Source: a virus. Taken from it: a stretch of DNA of 64,000 nt. The stretch lies in IMG/VR virus record IMGVR_UViG_3300011339_000793, positions 58,902-122,901 of that record. One strand, written 5' to 3'. Within the stretch, counting starts at the first letter, position 1, and every line of letters starts with the position of its first letter. Below the pieces are notes generated by a model. That model had not been told where the DNA came from. It did not search any database and saw only the letters and a program-made list of their open reading frames with translations. This document shows, piece after piece, positions 18,611-28,038 of the stretch. The translations under genes and the position numbers were made by a program.

Positions 18611-19087
18611 CTAAATTACAGTAACAGATGTTCCTTCAAAGAGTCTGCCAATGGTATCTGCACAGTTGACCTTGCACTCTTCTACCGCACAACCACAGAA
18701 CTCGGCGAGCGCAGTTTTAGTTCCCACGCTTAACCAACCTCTCTGGTCGGAGCCTGCATCTTCATGTCCAAGAGCAACAAGTCTGTCCTGAACTAATGCA
18801 ACTGAGCGAGAGTTTCTGCTTCCTGCTTGGAAAACCAAAGAGGACAACATAACAACTTCGTCATCTGCATAGTCATCTTCAGCCGGTGACTTAGACTTTT
18901 TACTTTTTACTACTGGCTCTACAACTTCTTCTACAACAGCCGGCTCTTCAACAACAACAACTTCTGGTTCTACAGGCTCAACCGCATAGGATTCAACAAC
19001 GATTTGTTCCTCGAAAGCCGGCTCAACTGGTATTGCTACCGGCTCAGCCTCGTAGGAGAAACTTGATAACTCTTCTTCATAACTCAT
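18611..19087 (-). CDS. Acidic protein with C-terminal peptidoglycan-binding-like domain
   Basis: VALVQDRLVALGH...GWLSVGTKTALAEF resembles PG_binding_1. Confidence 0.5.
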   Translation of the reverse strand: MSYEEELSSFSYEAEPVAIPVEPAFEEQIVVESYAVEPVEPEVVVVEEPAVVEEVVEPVVKSKKSKSPAEDDYADDEVVMLSSLVFQAGSRNSRSVALVQDRLVALGHEDAGSDQRGWLSVGTKTALAEFCGCAVEECKVNCADTIGRLFEGTSVTVI

Positions 19088-19089
19088 TG

Positions 19090-19692
19090 TTAGAACCTTT
19101 CTGGAAACTTGTTATACCACTGCATAAATCTTATCTCATCTTTGTTGGTGTAAGGAGCCTCTACCTTCCAAGCAGCCCAATTTTCGCCACCATTGCTCAT
19201 GTGATAAGCAATCTCAGCGTTAATTACCGCATCAAAAAGGTCTTTGTTGGTTTCGAGGTCATACTTGTCTCGACGAGTTACGCCAAGCCCACCAATCATA
19301 TTGATTTGAAAGATGCCGTATGAGGAGTCACCCGTTCTTGAATTGCCATTGAAGGCAAGGGGGCGACCATTACTTTCTTTCTTAACTACAGCCCATGCTG
19401 TTTTTAGGGCTTTACCTTCAAACCCAACTGCCGAAAGCAACTGCGCTAATTCGACATCTGTGAATGGAGTCTTCTGCACGGAGAACTTCTTTAATTGGAG
19501 TTCTGCGATTTTTGCTTTTTGCTTTTCTATCTCTGCTTCTATCTTGGAGATGCTTTGTTTTTCATCTTCCTTGACTATGGCAATTTCCTCAACCCAAGAT
19601 GCTTGGGCGTAGGCCGTAAAGACCGACAAGAAAACTACCGACAGAACAACGCTAACGATTTTATCGAAGGCTGTGCCTGTGGGTTTCTTCAT
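19090..19692 (-). CDS. Secreted lysozyme-like lytic transglycosylase
   Basis: Signal/TM segment; AWAVVKKES catalytic Glu, SYGIFQIN, NAEIAY..SNGGENWAAW. Confidence 0.8.
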   Translation of the reverse strand: MKKPTGTAFDKIVSVVLSVVFLSVFTAYAQASWVEEIAIVKEDEKQSISKIEAEIEKQKAKIAELQLKKFSVQKTPFTDVELAQLLSAVGFEGKALKTAWAVVKKESNGRPLAFNGNSRTGDSSYGIFQINMIGGLGVTRRDKYDLETNKDLFDAVINAEIAYHMSNGGENWAAWKVEAPYTNKDEIRFMQWYNKFPERF

Positions 19693-19918
19693 TGATTATT
19701 CCTTTGTTCGGGGACATGGACAGGTGCTGTCTTAGCCACCTCGGCGTCTATAAAAGCCCGCCCAGTTCCCCCCGCTGTGGGGAGATTGGTTGGTTTACAA
19801 CCTTTCAAGTTCGTGCGACCAACTGTAGTCGCTTTGTCGTTGGGATAACAGTAGCACAGAATTGTCAGGGAAGTAGCGTTTTTAGGGGAAAAACGCCACC
19901 TCCCTTGTGTGGGATAGA

Positions 19919-20383
19919 TTACATTCCAAACGCTTTTCGGCAGATTGGCCCTAGCCCCAACTCACGACTTACCTCGTCAGTAAGTTCAGCCCCGCATTTA
20001 GCACAGCAGGAGTAGTGAACCGCAAACAACTTCGCATACTTGTATGGGTCTTCTAGCAAAACACGCACAAACATAAGCGTATCTTCGGGTGCTGGCTTGA
20101 TGCGAGTGAACCCTCCGTATGAACCAACTAGACGGCGAAGGTAGGCTGTCTTCTTGAACTCACGGGTTTCAACGAAAACATAATCATTATCAACAGGTTG
20201 AACCATAAAATCACCCATAAGTTCAGATGTAGGTATGGCGTACTTAGATTTAGGCAACTTAGAAAGTGCCCCATAAAGTTCCTTCCAATCCACTTGATTG
20301 GTAGGAATAACCGCAGGTGCGTGAACCGCAGGTGCGGGAGCAGGGTTCTCACCGAAGAGAACCATTTGTGATGCTGTGGTCAT
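19919..20383 (-). CDS. DUF6011-like Zn-binding protein
   Basis: CAKCGAELTDEVSRELGLGPIC C-terminal motif. Confidence 0.7.
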   Translation of the reverse strand: MTTASQMVLFGENPAPAPAVHAPAVIPTNQVDWKELYGALSKLPKSKYAIPTSELMGDFMVQPVDNDYVFVETREFKKTAYLRRLVGSYGGFTRIKPAPEDTLMFVRVLLEDPYKYAKLFAVHYSCCAKCGAELTDEVSRELGLGPICRKAFGM

Positions 20384-20405
20384 TTTGACCCCCTTTCAAA
20401 AACAA

Positions 20406-20434
20406 ACAATACTACAAGCCAAGATAAAAGTCAA
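20406..20434 (-). promoter_or_regulatory. Early-type promoter
   Basis: TTGACT-17-TATTGT on minus strand. Confidence 0.75.
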
Positions 20435-20509
20435 GACGACACACCAAACAAAACCCCTACCCGAGGAAGGTGGGTAGAGGTTCTGTTATGGAGTTTCCTT
20501 GACCTTTGC

Positions 20510-20704
20510 CTACTTCTCCCTAGAGGCTAGCAATGCGCTTGCCACAGCGGAGAGTCCCAGAGCCAAAGTCCAAGTCATATCATTTTGCCACGCAGAGACG
20601 AAAGACGCAAGCCCGAGCACGACAGTAACTACTGCTGTCCAAACTACATTCATGTTATTCATTAGCCTTCTTCTTTCTTTTGGGGGAGGTTCTTCCTTTG
20701 ACAC
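20510..20704 (-). CDS. Small membrane protein
   Basis: Two hydrophobic helices. Confidence 0.55.
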   Translation of the reverse strand: MSKEEPPPKERRRLMNNMNVVWTAVVTVVLGLASFVSAWQNDMTWTLALGLSAVASALLASREK

Positions 20705-20882
20705 GAGCGGAGGGGTCTCTTACAACCACACCTTTACTACGAATTGCTTTGCGAGCGCATCGGTAGGAAACTTTCAGTTCGCTGGCTACGCTTTCTATTG
20801 ACAAACCTTCTTGATACATTTTTGCAGCGTCTTCAGCAATCTTTTTACTTTTTGTTATTCCCGGCAGGGAGGCTCTTGTCAT
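20655..20882 (-). CDS. Small HTH DNA-binding protein
   Basis: KMYQEGLSIESVASELKVSYRCARKAIRSKGV. Confidence 0.7.
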   Translation of the reverse strand: MTRASLPGITKSKKIAEDAAKMYQEGLSIESVASELKVSYRCARKAIRSKGVVVRDPSARVKGRTSPKRKKKANE

Positions 20883-21362
20883 TTACACTTTCTCTTCTTC
20901 GTATGGTCGTTGAACCGCATTTTGAATAACAGCAGGGTCTAGCCCTTTACTTTTCAACCACTCAATAGTTTCAGGGTCTTGTGCTTCATTGTGAACATGG
21001 CGTCCTTCGTTCCAAGTGAAGAAAGAAGTTGTGCCTTCAGGCAGAACCCAGAGGTGATACTGGTTAGAGGTATCAACAAGTTGGCTTTCAGGTGGGAAGA
21101 TTTCTACTGCTTCTCTTTCAGCACCCGCAAGTTCATTCTTGATGCGCTGGAAGTGTCGCCAATCCCTGACAGCCTTTCTCTCGTTGTGTCGGATAGAAAG
21201 ATGTAGTCCACTCTTCTCACCAAGTTCAGGCTCTAAAACTGTCTTGACAACTGTATAGAACTTATTTCTATAGATAGTTTGGTTTGGTTCAAGAGTTATT
21301 TGGTTGGAATTGACTACCGCAATAGCCTCTTCAAACTTATCCCAAGTAGGTTTAGCCGACAA
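20883..21362 (-). CDS. Conserved phage protein (DUF7694-like)
   Basis: WRHFQRIKNELAGAEREAVEIFP.ESQLVDTSNQYHLWV motif. Confidence 0.6.
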   Translation of the reverse strand: MSAKPTWDKFEEAIAVVNSNQITLEPNQTIYRNKFYTVVKTVLEPELGEKSGLHLSIRHNERKAVRDWRHFQRIKNELAGAEREAVEIFPPESQLVDTSNQYHLWVLPEGTTSFFTWNEGRHVHNEAQDPETIEWLKSKGLDPAVIQNAVQRPYEEEKV

Positions 21363-22233
21363 CTACTTGACCCATTTCTTGTATAAACGATAGCCAATGT
21401 ATCCAAGAAGGACGGCAATCAAGGCTGGAGTATAAACAGAGATGCTAAAGAAGTTTGAGGAAACCTCAATCCACTCGAACTGACATTGAAACCCGCACTC
21501 GGGGTCTAACTGTGTTATTTCTTCCATTTTTACTTTTTCCTATTTCTCTTAGTTTTTGATTGAGTTGTAGTGAAGTTCAGCCAGTTCTTTGCGAAGTTCT
21601 AAGTTCTCCCGCAACAAATTTCTGTGTGCTTGTATGGAGACTACCATTACAAAGCACGAAGAGGCGAGCGCAATAATAAGTCCTATCATTGTTCCAGTAT
21701 CTAAAAACATTAGGCGTTTACCTCTTCTTCTTGTTTGATGCTTTCTTCCACCGCACGCTTGATAGTGATGTAAGCATTACCGCATGGATAGCAGAATCTT
21801 TCTGTGAAAGGCATCTCCCGCATAAAGGCATCTACGCCTGAATAAATAATCTGAGTGTTTTCACAATGAGGTGTTTGACATTTAGCCATTTACTTTTTCC
21901 TTTCAGGTAGCGGAAGATTTCTCATGTAATCTCTCCGTGCTTCTTTTGTTGGTAATGCTTCTCTCTCAGCCATTTGCTCTTCTGTCATAAAGGCAAACTT
22001 CAATACAAACTCTGTAAACTCTTCTTTAGTCAAAGAGGTTTTCGCAAGTAGGTCTTCACCCTTCTTAGTTATCCTCATGGGTATAACAAATCTAGGCAAA
22101 ATTGGTTCATCTGCTCTGTTGGCACTTTACACATTTCAGGTGTTGTAGCGTCAAGAGCCCAAACAATAAGTGCGATAAAGATAATGACTACCGCAAGTCT
22201 GCGTCTTTTGTATTTTGCTTCTGTTCTAATCAT
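21363..22233 (-). CDS. Run of five small coupled ORFs (21363-21527, 21549-21710, 21710-21889, 21890-22078, 22075-22233), several with single TM helices
   Basis: Hand-translated; overlapping stop/start codons; SD or A-rich motif before starts. Confidence 0.65.
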
Positions 22234-22330
22234 TTTGTCTTTTCCCTTTCTTATTGACTTCCCTAGCCAATAACCTTATTGTATCAACTTCCCTGACATT
22301 TATCAACTTCCCTGACTTCGGCGTGTCGTC

Positions 22331-22849
22331 TCACTCCGCCTTAGGGAGTGAGAGCAACCACGCTACAAACCGAGCATTACATAGGGCGTTAGGACTTCTT
22401 CGCTCTCTAATCAGGTCAATCGCTTCTTGGGCTGAATAACCTTCTTTGATTAGGACTAGAGCCATAATTAGCCCTGACCTGTTCCAACCTGCTTGGCAAC
22501 GAATAAGAACCTTCTTACCCGCCTTCCAATCTTCGTGAGCAATCCGCACCGCTTGGTAAATCTGCTTGAAGTCAATGTCTTTCATGTCTCCGTCATAGAA
22601 CGGATAACGAAACTCTTTTACTAACCAATCCGCAGGTTGAGCCCACGCATAGGCAGTAATAACTGTGTCAAAGTCTGACTTAGTAATGAACGCACCTTCA
22701 TTGTGCGCCCTAGCATCATTGACAGTATCAAAGTCGTCTGTTCCACCCTGCCATAAGTTAGGAAGAACCTCTGACCATAAATCTTTATCTAGCACCAATC
22801 CATAGTCGGGTCGGGCTAGGTCTTCATCTACATTTACATTTGTATTCAT
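22331..22849 (-). CDS. Dual-specificity protein phosphatase
   Basis: CX5R active site IRCQAGWNRSG; acid loop PFYDG. Confidence 0.85.
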   Translation of the reverse strand: MNTNVNVDEDLARPDYGLVLDKDLWSEVLPNLWQGGTDDFDTVNDARAHNEGAFITKSDFDTVITAYAWAQPADWLVKEFRYPFYDGDMKDIDFKQIYQAVRIAHEDWKAGKKVLIRCQAGWNRSGLIMALVLIKEGYSAQEAIDLIRERRSPNALCNARFVAWLLSLPKAE

Positions 22850-22882
22850 TTTTCTTCTCCTTTCAAGGGAAGTGTATCAGTT

Positions 22883-23059
22883 TTACTTCTTTTTGTCAAA
22901 TAATCTAATAATCTGAGCGACTCTGCGAGCCAACCAATCGTTCATAATGTCTGAGACATCTTGATAATACTTCTCATCTTTCATACTACGACCCTTGTTT
23001 CTACGAGAAGCACGCTTTACTGCCGTATAGACCACGCTATCTGGCAATCCTTTTGGCAT
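22883..23059 (-). CDS. Small basic early protein (58 aa), paralog of 15646-15804
   Basis: Hand-translated MPKGLPDSVVYTAVKRASRRNKGRSMKDEKYYQDVSDIMNDW; own promoter and SD. Confidence 0.8.
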   Translation of the reverse strand: MPKGLPDSVVYTAVKRASRRNKGRSMKDEKYYQDVSDIMNDWLARRVAQIIRLFDKKK

Positions 23060-23092
23060 TTCTTTTTCCCTTTCTTTCTAGTTGTTATCCGT

Positions 23093-23121
23093 ATTATAGC
23101 CCAACCAAGCGTAAAAGTCAA
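23093..23121 (-). promoter_or_regulatory. Consensus promoter
   Basis: TTGACT-17-TATAAT on minus strand. Confidence 0.85.
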
Positions 23122-23304
23122 ATCAAGAAGAAGAAGTTGTTTATGTTCTGTCCTCCTTGGTACGCATCAACGAACCTTACGCATAGTTTTTTACTTTTTG
23201 CTATGTACGCTGTCCTGCTGGACTTCAATATAACTTCCGCATCTCCACCAGAAAATAGAAAAAGGTTCGGGGGGGAACCCGAACCCTTCTCTTTGCGGAA
23301 AATC

Positions 23305-23733
23305 TTAGCGGAGATATTCTCCGAAACGACCCCCCAGTAGGAAAGCAGTCGGGATTACTTGCTTGTTATATCCCAACCAGTGAGCGACTTGCTCGTCAGT
23401 AAGACCTAAAGTCTCACCTTCTTCATCCGCACCCCCAGTAATAATTACATTACCGAGAATAGGATTACTTGCGTTGAAAGTCTCTGAATAGATAGCCGAA
23501 GCAATCATATTTAGTGGCAGACCTTCAGCGATGCCATTTTCATTACACCACAAGTCCGCGTCTCCTAGACCAACGCACTCAATCATTCCACCCACCGAAT
23601 TGCTAAGTAGTTTGTAAGAGTCTCCAATCTCAAACTCTACAACGGACTTAGTGCCTTCAGTAGTAATGATTACTGCCTTTTGTTTTTTACCCAATTTAAT
23701 CACCCCCTTGTTGTTGTTGCGTAAGTATAACAC
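23305..23733 (-). CDS. DUF3846-family protein
   Basis: VGGMIECV...LWCNENG...LPLN..AS...ILGNVIITG. Confidence 0.7.
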   Translation of the reverse strand: MLYLRNNNKGVIKLGKKQKAVIITTEGTKSVVEFEIGDSYKLLSNSVGGMIECVGLGDADLWCNENGIAEGLPLNMIASAIYSETFNASNPILGNVIITGGADEEGETLGLTDEQVAHWLGYNKQVIPTAFLLGGRFGEYLR

Positions 23734-23834
23734 TTTGTATAAAGAAAGTCAAATCTATTTAGAAAAATTATTGAGGGTTCTTACTTACGACATTGGGCGA
23801 GGACTCCCTCAAACTGCCCCTGTTTCGGTAGGAA

Positions 23835-24074
23835 TTATGCTACGAGGATTACTTCGTATCCTCTTGTAATCTTGGACTGAACCTTGTCATTGGCGTATGC
23901 CTTAGCAAGGAATGGATAAGCAAAACTTTTTACTTGCTTTGCTTGTGCTGAAACATCTTCAGCCTTACCCCATAGGGTGATAACTTTGTTATCTTCTACG
24001 ATAACCTGATAAATCTTCTTGAGACCGGCATTTCCGCGTTCTCCGTCAGACTTCTTGACGAGTATCCACTTCAT
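23835..24074 (-). CDS. WGR-domain-like protein
   Basis: KIYQV...VITLWGK...AKAYANDKVQSKITRGY; ATG at 24074 with SD. Confidence 0.6.
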   Translation of the reverse strand: MKWILVKKSDGERGNAGLKKIYQVIVEDNKVITLWGKAEDVSAQAKQVKSFAYPFLAKAYANDKVQSKITRGYEVILVA

Positions 24075-24541
24075 TTTTTTCCCCTTTCTGAAGGTGATAA
24101 GAGTAGTGTAGCACTTTTGTTTTGTCTTGTCAAATCTATTTAGTTTTATTCTTTGAGAGAAGCCCCGCACTTGGCGAGGCTTCCCCCTTCTAAAGAATTA
24201 GTTGAATAATTCTTTAGGGTTTGCTGGCTGATACCAGTTATCTCCGGAGAGATAATCTTCAAACTGCTCTTCGTTCATAAGAGCCCCCTTTCTTTGTAAT
24301 ACCGAGTCTACCAGTTTTTGTAGGGAAGTCAAGTCGTGTCGGACTATTTCTTTTCCCCCCTACTCCTTATGACGAACGAGGGTGGCAAATCTCAATGCAC
24401 TAGCGATTTTGGTCAAGAAGTTGTTTGGAAGTTGCCGGGGCCCCCTACCGGTTATTGCAGTTTTTTACTTTTTGCTACGTCACTTAAATCCGGTACAAAG
24501 AAAAACCCCCGCATCTCTGCGAGGGCTTCTCCCAATTCTGT

Positions 24542-24763
24542 TTAGTTCTTTACAAGAACCGCAGGGTCAAACCCTTTAGCGCACTCACGGCCTACTGGCC
24601 AGAACCCCTGTGAGATAGTTCCCCTGTCTGCATCGCTGGCTGGGTGTAGAACCGAACCCGAGATAGATAGATGAACCAACCATGCGTTGTTTCCTACCTT
24701 GCGTCCGCATTGGCAACACGCATCATCATTGAGACCATTTACAAAATCTCCGAAAGAAATCAT
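24542..24763 (-). CDS. Small Cys-containing hypothetical protein
   Basis: SD AAAGGGGG; CCQCG..C. Confidence 0.65.
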   Translation of the reverse strand: MISFGDFVNGLNDDACCQCGRKVGNNAWLVHLSISGSVLHPASDADRGTISQGFWPVGRECAKGFDPAVLVKN

Positions 24764-25119
24764 TTACTTCACCCCCTTCCTTTCCTTGATAGTCTAAGCA
24801 TACTACATCTATAAATAAAAGTCAAGTCAAGTTGTTTGGAAGTCGCCAGTTACTCACAAATAAAAACTGTTATCTATCTCACAGTCAAAATGTCCGTTTT
24901 GTCTTCACATTTAATTTGTCAGGGTTTTTGGCAAATCAGACTAGATAAGTTGTTTGGAAGTTGCCCGCAGCCGGCTTTCCAGGGAAAAAAGTGACATAGC
25001 AAAAAGTAAAATTACAACGGCGGCGGAAGTAAGAACCGCGAGTTGTTTGTAGAGCCCGGATGGTAAGACCGGTAAAATAAAAAACCCCGCCATTTCTGAC
25101 GGGGCTTTCTTAATAAGTC

Positions 25120-25305
25120 TTAGGCTTCTGCCCTTAGACAACGCATCTCTTCTTCTGCGACATCAACCGCATGGAGGAAGTTTTCAGGATGCATTACATA
25201 GCCGGCAAGGTAGGCGTATTTACCTTCATACTTTCCGTGCCAGAGTTGATAGTGGTTTTCAATACGATACAAGCGATACTCGCCATGCTTTTTTATAGCC
25301 CTCAT
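25120..25305 (-). CDS. Hypothetical protein
   Basis: Coupled to upstream ORF; terminator-like hairpin downstream. Confidence 0.6.
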   Translation of the reverse strand: MRAIKKHGEYRLYRIENHYQLWHGKYEGKYAYLAGYVMHPENFLHAVDVAEEEMRCLRAEA

Positions 25306-25539
25306 TTATCTATCCAATCGCAAGATACGGACAAGTTCACTAGCAGTTATTTCCCAGCCCGCATCTGTCTTTACGGCAGTAGCAGGGTGAGGCACTATGT
25401 CGGCAGGTAATACGACTACCGCATCATAGTCTTCCTCTTGATAGAGTTCCCAAGCCTTGATAGCAGGTTCCGCATAGTCAAGTGGTAGTGGTGGATAAAA
25501 GTTTCCTCGCAAGTGATAACTCATCGAGATAGTGTTCAT
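25306..25539 (-). CDS. Hypothetical protein
   Basis: ATG overlaps the stop of an upstream small ORF. Confidence 0.6.
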   Translation of the reverse strand: MNTISMSYHLRGNFYPPLPLDYAEPAIKAWELYQEEDYDAVVVLPADIVPHPATAVKTDAGWEITASELVRILRLDR

Positions 25540-25944
25540 TACTTTGCCTCGCAATCGTGTCCATACCCGAGTTCATCGGGTGTAAGTGCTTTCTCGCACT
25601 CACCGCAAATAGGAACAACCTTGCCACTCGCATAGAGTGCTAGGTGCTTTAGAATCATGTCTGACATTTACTTACCCCCTGTAAGTTTGGTTGTTGTCGT
25701 AATCATAACACTCGCTTTGATAAAAGTCAAGCCTTTATGTCCATTAGGTAATCCATTTGATTACAAGTAAGGCAGATGTCTAGAGTCTCATCGTAATCCC
25801 ACTCCGCACCGCACCAGTTACATTTAGTTGTCTTTAGCATCTTTCCCCCTTTATTAGGTTCAGTAGGGGAGTCGTATTGTTTCCGACCCCCTAGGTTTCA
25901 GGTCGTTCAGGTGACCAGCGACTTCCCCCCTACTGAATAACCGA

Positions 25945-25973
25945 ACAATAACACTTATCCGAAAGAAAGTCAA
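25945..25973 (-). promoter_or_regulatory. Early-type promoter
   Basis: TTGACT-17-TATTGT followed by TCGGT. Confidence 0.75.
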
Positions 25974-26074
25974 ATCCAAATCAGCGTGTCTTGTCCAAAT
26001 AGGCGGGCAGAGGTCAATAAGTTATTTGGAAGTGTGACCAGTGATTAATCAAGTTAATCATTTTTTACTTTTTG

Positions 26075-26647
26075 CTACGAGCCGAAGTGTTGAACGCTCA
26101 CATAAATCGGAGGACTCGTGCTTGGGTCGAGCCTAGATGCAATAGTTATTGCTTGTCGTATTAAGGTTTTTGCTGTTCCCAGAGTTCTTTTTCTAGTTTC
26201 TAGAGTAGCAAGTAAAGCCCCCTGTGCGTAACTACTTCCAGAACCAATAGTATAAACACCAGACTCGTCTCTACCCCAAGCGTAGTCCTCGGCTATTTCA
26301 TAGACAGTCCCGTTGATAACTACCAACAACTGACTATCGTGTTCGCCGTCTTTCGAGTAGGACGCTTCCTCAAAGCACTTTTTTAGTTCGGGGATAAACA
26401 CCGCAGTCATAAACTTATCTAGTCTTACCCCGTAAGCCGTTGGAGAGCATACCGGTGGCTTGAACACATACGCCAGTATGTTGATAGCACGGAGGTCGCC
26501 AGCGCAACCTATTAAGTAATTTCCGTTCTTAAACAACTTGCCATTATCTTTTGGGAGCGTATAAATCTTGCTGTTGTCTTCAGTCACTCTACTGTCGTAA
26601 CCAATGACAGCCCATGACTCACCCTGAACGGCTGCAATAGTAGTCAC
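26075..26647 (-). CDS. Proteasome beta/HslV-like Ntn-hydrolase protease (copy 1)
   Basis: N-terminal (M)TTIAAV...IGYDSR, LIGCAGD, IGSGSSYAQGAL, DPSTS. Confidence 0.8.
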   Translation of the reverse strand: MTTIAAVQGESWAVIGYDSRVTEDNSKIYTLPKDNGKLFKNGNYLIGCAGDLRAINILAYVFKPPVCSPTAYGVRLDKFMTAVFIPELKKCFEEASYSKDGEHDSQLLVVINGTVYEIAEDYAWGRDESGVYTIGSGSSYAQGALLATLETRKRTLGTAKTLIRQAITIASRLDPSTSPPIYVSVQHFGS

Positions 26648-26678
26648 GCTTTTACTCCCGTTCGTTTTTTACTTTTTG

Positions 26679-26933
26679 CTATGACTCGAAGCCGTCCCAC
26701 AAATCTTTACGGAGTTGTTCATACCTGTCGCCATGATGCCCGTTGTATTTGTTTGAGATGTCCTCGTCCCTCAGAAGATAGTCTAGCGAAAGAACGGCAA
26801 CGCAATCGGGCTCGTCAAACATAATAACCAGTTTTGTATCCCCGTCCTCAGGGTTATCTACAATGGCACAGATAAAAGGCAAGCCACCCCCGTTCGGGTG
26901 GTAGTCCTTAGCCACTATCTTCATGCTTCTCAC
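26679..26933 (-). CDS. Hypothetical protein
   Basis: ORF track; begins with HPNGGG motif. Confidence 0.6.
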   Translation of the reverse strand: MRSMKIVAKDYHPNGGGLPFICAIVDNPEDGDTKLVIMFDEPDCVAVLSLDYLLRDEDISNKYNGHHGDRYEQLRKDLWDGFES

Positions 26934-27089
26934 GCCTAAAAGGTTAGCGGTGCTTGCCGAAGGTGATTTGCTCCTAAAACACTAAAGCCCCCGAGATTGG
27001 AGTTTCGGGGGCATAGCGGAGCGCAGAAGGGAAAGGGTATTCCTTGCGCTCTATGTCGCCGTCAGAAAGGGGGGAGACGGCAACACTAC

Positions 27090-27431
27090 TTATAGTTTAT
27101 CAAGTATTTCTAGAGGCACAATGACATCTGCTGAAATTACCTGTCCGACAGAGTTCGTTCTAGCGAACCTGCCTTTCGGGTTATCAAACCTGACAGTTAC
27201 CTTTGTTCTACGAATACCAACCACCGAGCCAACTTCGCCTCGGAGGTATTTAGTTCCGCATCTTTCGTTTATGGTAATTCTGTCTCCTACAACGAAATCA
27301 TCTATTTTTACTTTTTCCTTTAGAAGTTCTTTTCGTTCTTGGATAACTCTGCTTAGTTCGGATAAGTTTTTATCTAACTCACCTCGTTCTATCTTGTCGC
27401 AGAAAGATACAAATAAGTCTAAATTACTCAT
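27090..27431 (-). CDS. SH3/KOW-like hypothetical protein
   Basis: FVVGDRITIN...GSVVGIRRTKVTVRF; start overlaps upstream stop. Confidence 0.55.
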   Translation of the reverse strand: MSNLDLFVSFCDKIERGELDKNLSELSRVIQERKELLKEKVKIDDFVVGDRITINERCGTKYLRGEVGSVVGIRRTKVTVRFDNPKGRFARTNSVGQVISADVIVPLEILDKL

Positions 27432-27666
27432 CAAAGTCGTTGTCATCAAGTTCCTCCCCTGCCTCATCAACAACTCCAATGCTGTTGGAAACGGAGGCAA
27501 CATCAAACCCGTAGTATTCTTTTACGAATACAGACGCCACACGGACACTAAAGTCGTGTTCGCTTTCGTCTTCGTTGCGTAAGTTGTTGTCAAGAACGAC
27601 AGTAGTCATCAAAGTAAAGTAATCTCCAACAAACATTACTGTTCTTGACAGGTTTATGTTATCCAT
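27424..27666 (-). CDS. Hypothetical protein
   Basis: Coupled ORF. Confidence 0.6.
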   Translation of the reverse strand: MDNINLSRTVMFVGDYFTLMTTVVLDNNLRNEDESEHDFSVRVASVFVKEYYGFDVASVSNSIGVVDEAGEELDDNDFDE

Positions 27667-27807
27667 TTACGCTCACCTCGTAGTCAATTAAAACTTTTAG
27701 TTGGCTCTCATCTATAACGCTAGACAATCTGCCAACTAGATACTCAACGGCATTATCTCCGTAGTTGTCTCTAACTAACCGAGCAAGAGTGTTTTCTGCT
27801 TCTGTCC

Positions 27808-28038
27808 TCATTTGTTTAGTTCCTCCACATAGTTACTAAACTTTGTATCAAGTTCATCAGAAGTCGTGCCCTCAGGTAGAGGGTAAAACTTTCCCTCACC
27901 TTGATACGAGTAATCCCAAGTGCCTAAGGACTCGTTCCAAATAGTTCCGTCAGGAAACCGCACTTCTTCGCTATCAACATCATGCGACCAAGTTTTGGTT
28001 TCATCATCATACTTTACGATAAAGTGGTGTTCAGCCAT
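27808..28038 (-). CDS. Acidic hypothetical protein
   Basis: Coupled ORF. Confidence 0.65.
   Translation of the reverse strand: MAEHHFIVKYDDETKTWSHDVDSEEVRFPDGTIWNESLGTWDYSYQGEGKFYPLPEGTTSDELDTKFSNYVEELNK

Noticed and set aside
19692-19860. c-di-AMP (ydaO) riboswitch call
   Set aside because: Only scattered fragments match and their order differs from the consensus; GGGGUGAAU is missing
25860-25925. Hammerhead ribozyme (CUGAACGA...GAAAC)
   Set aside because: Extra base in the CUGANGA core, and stem II is not directly followed by GAAA
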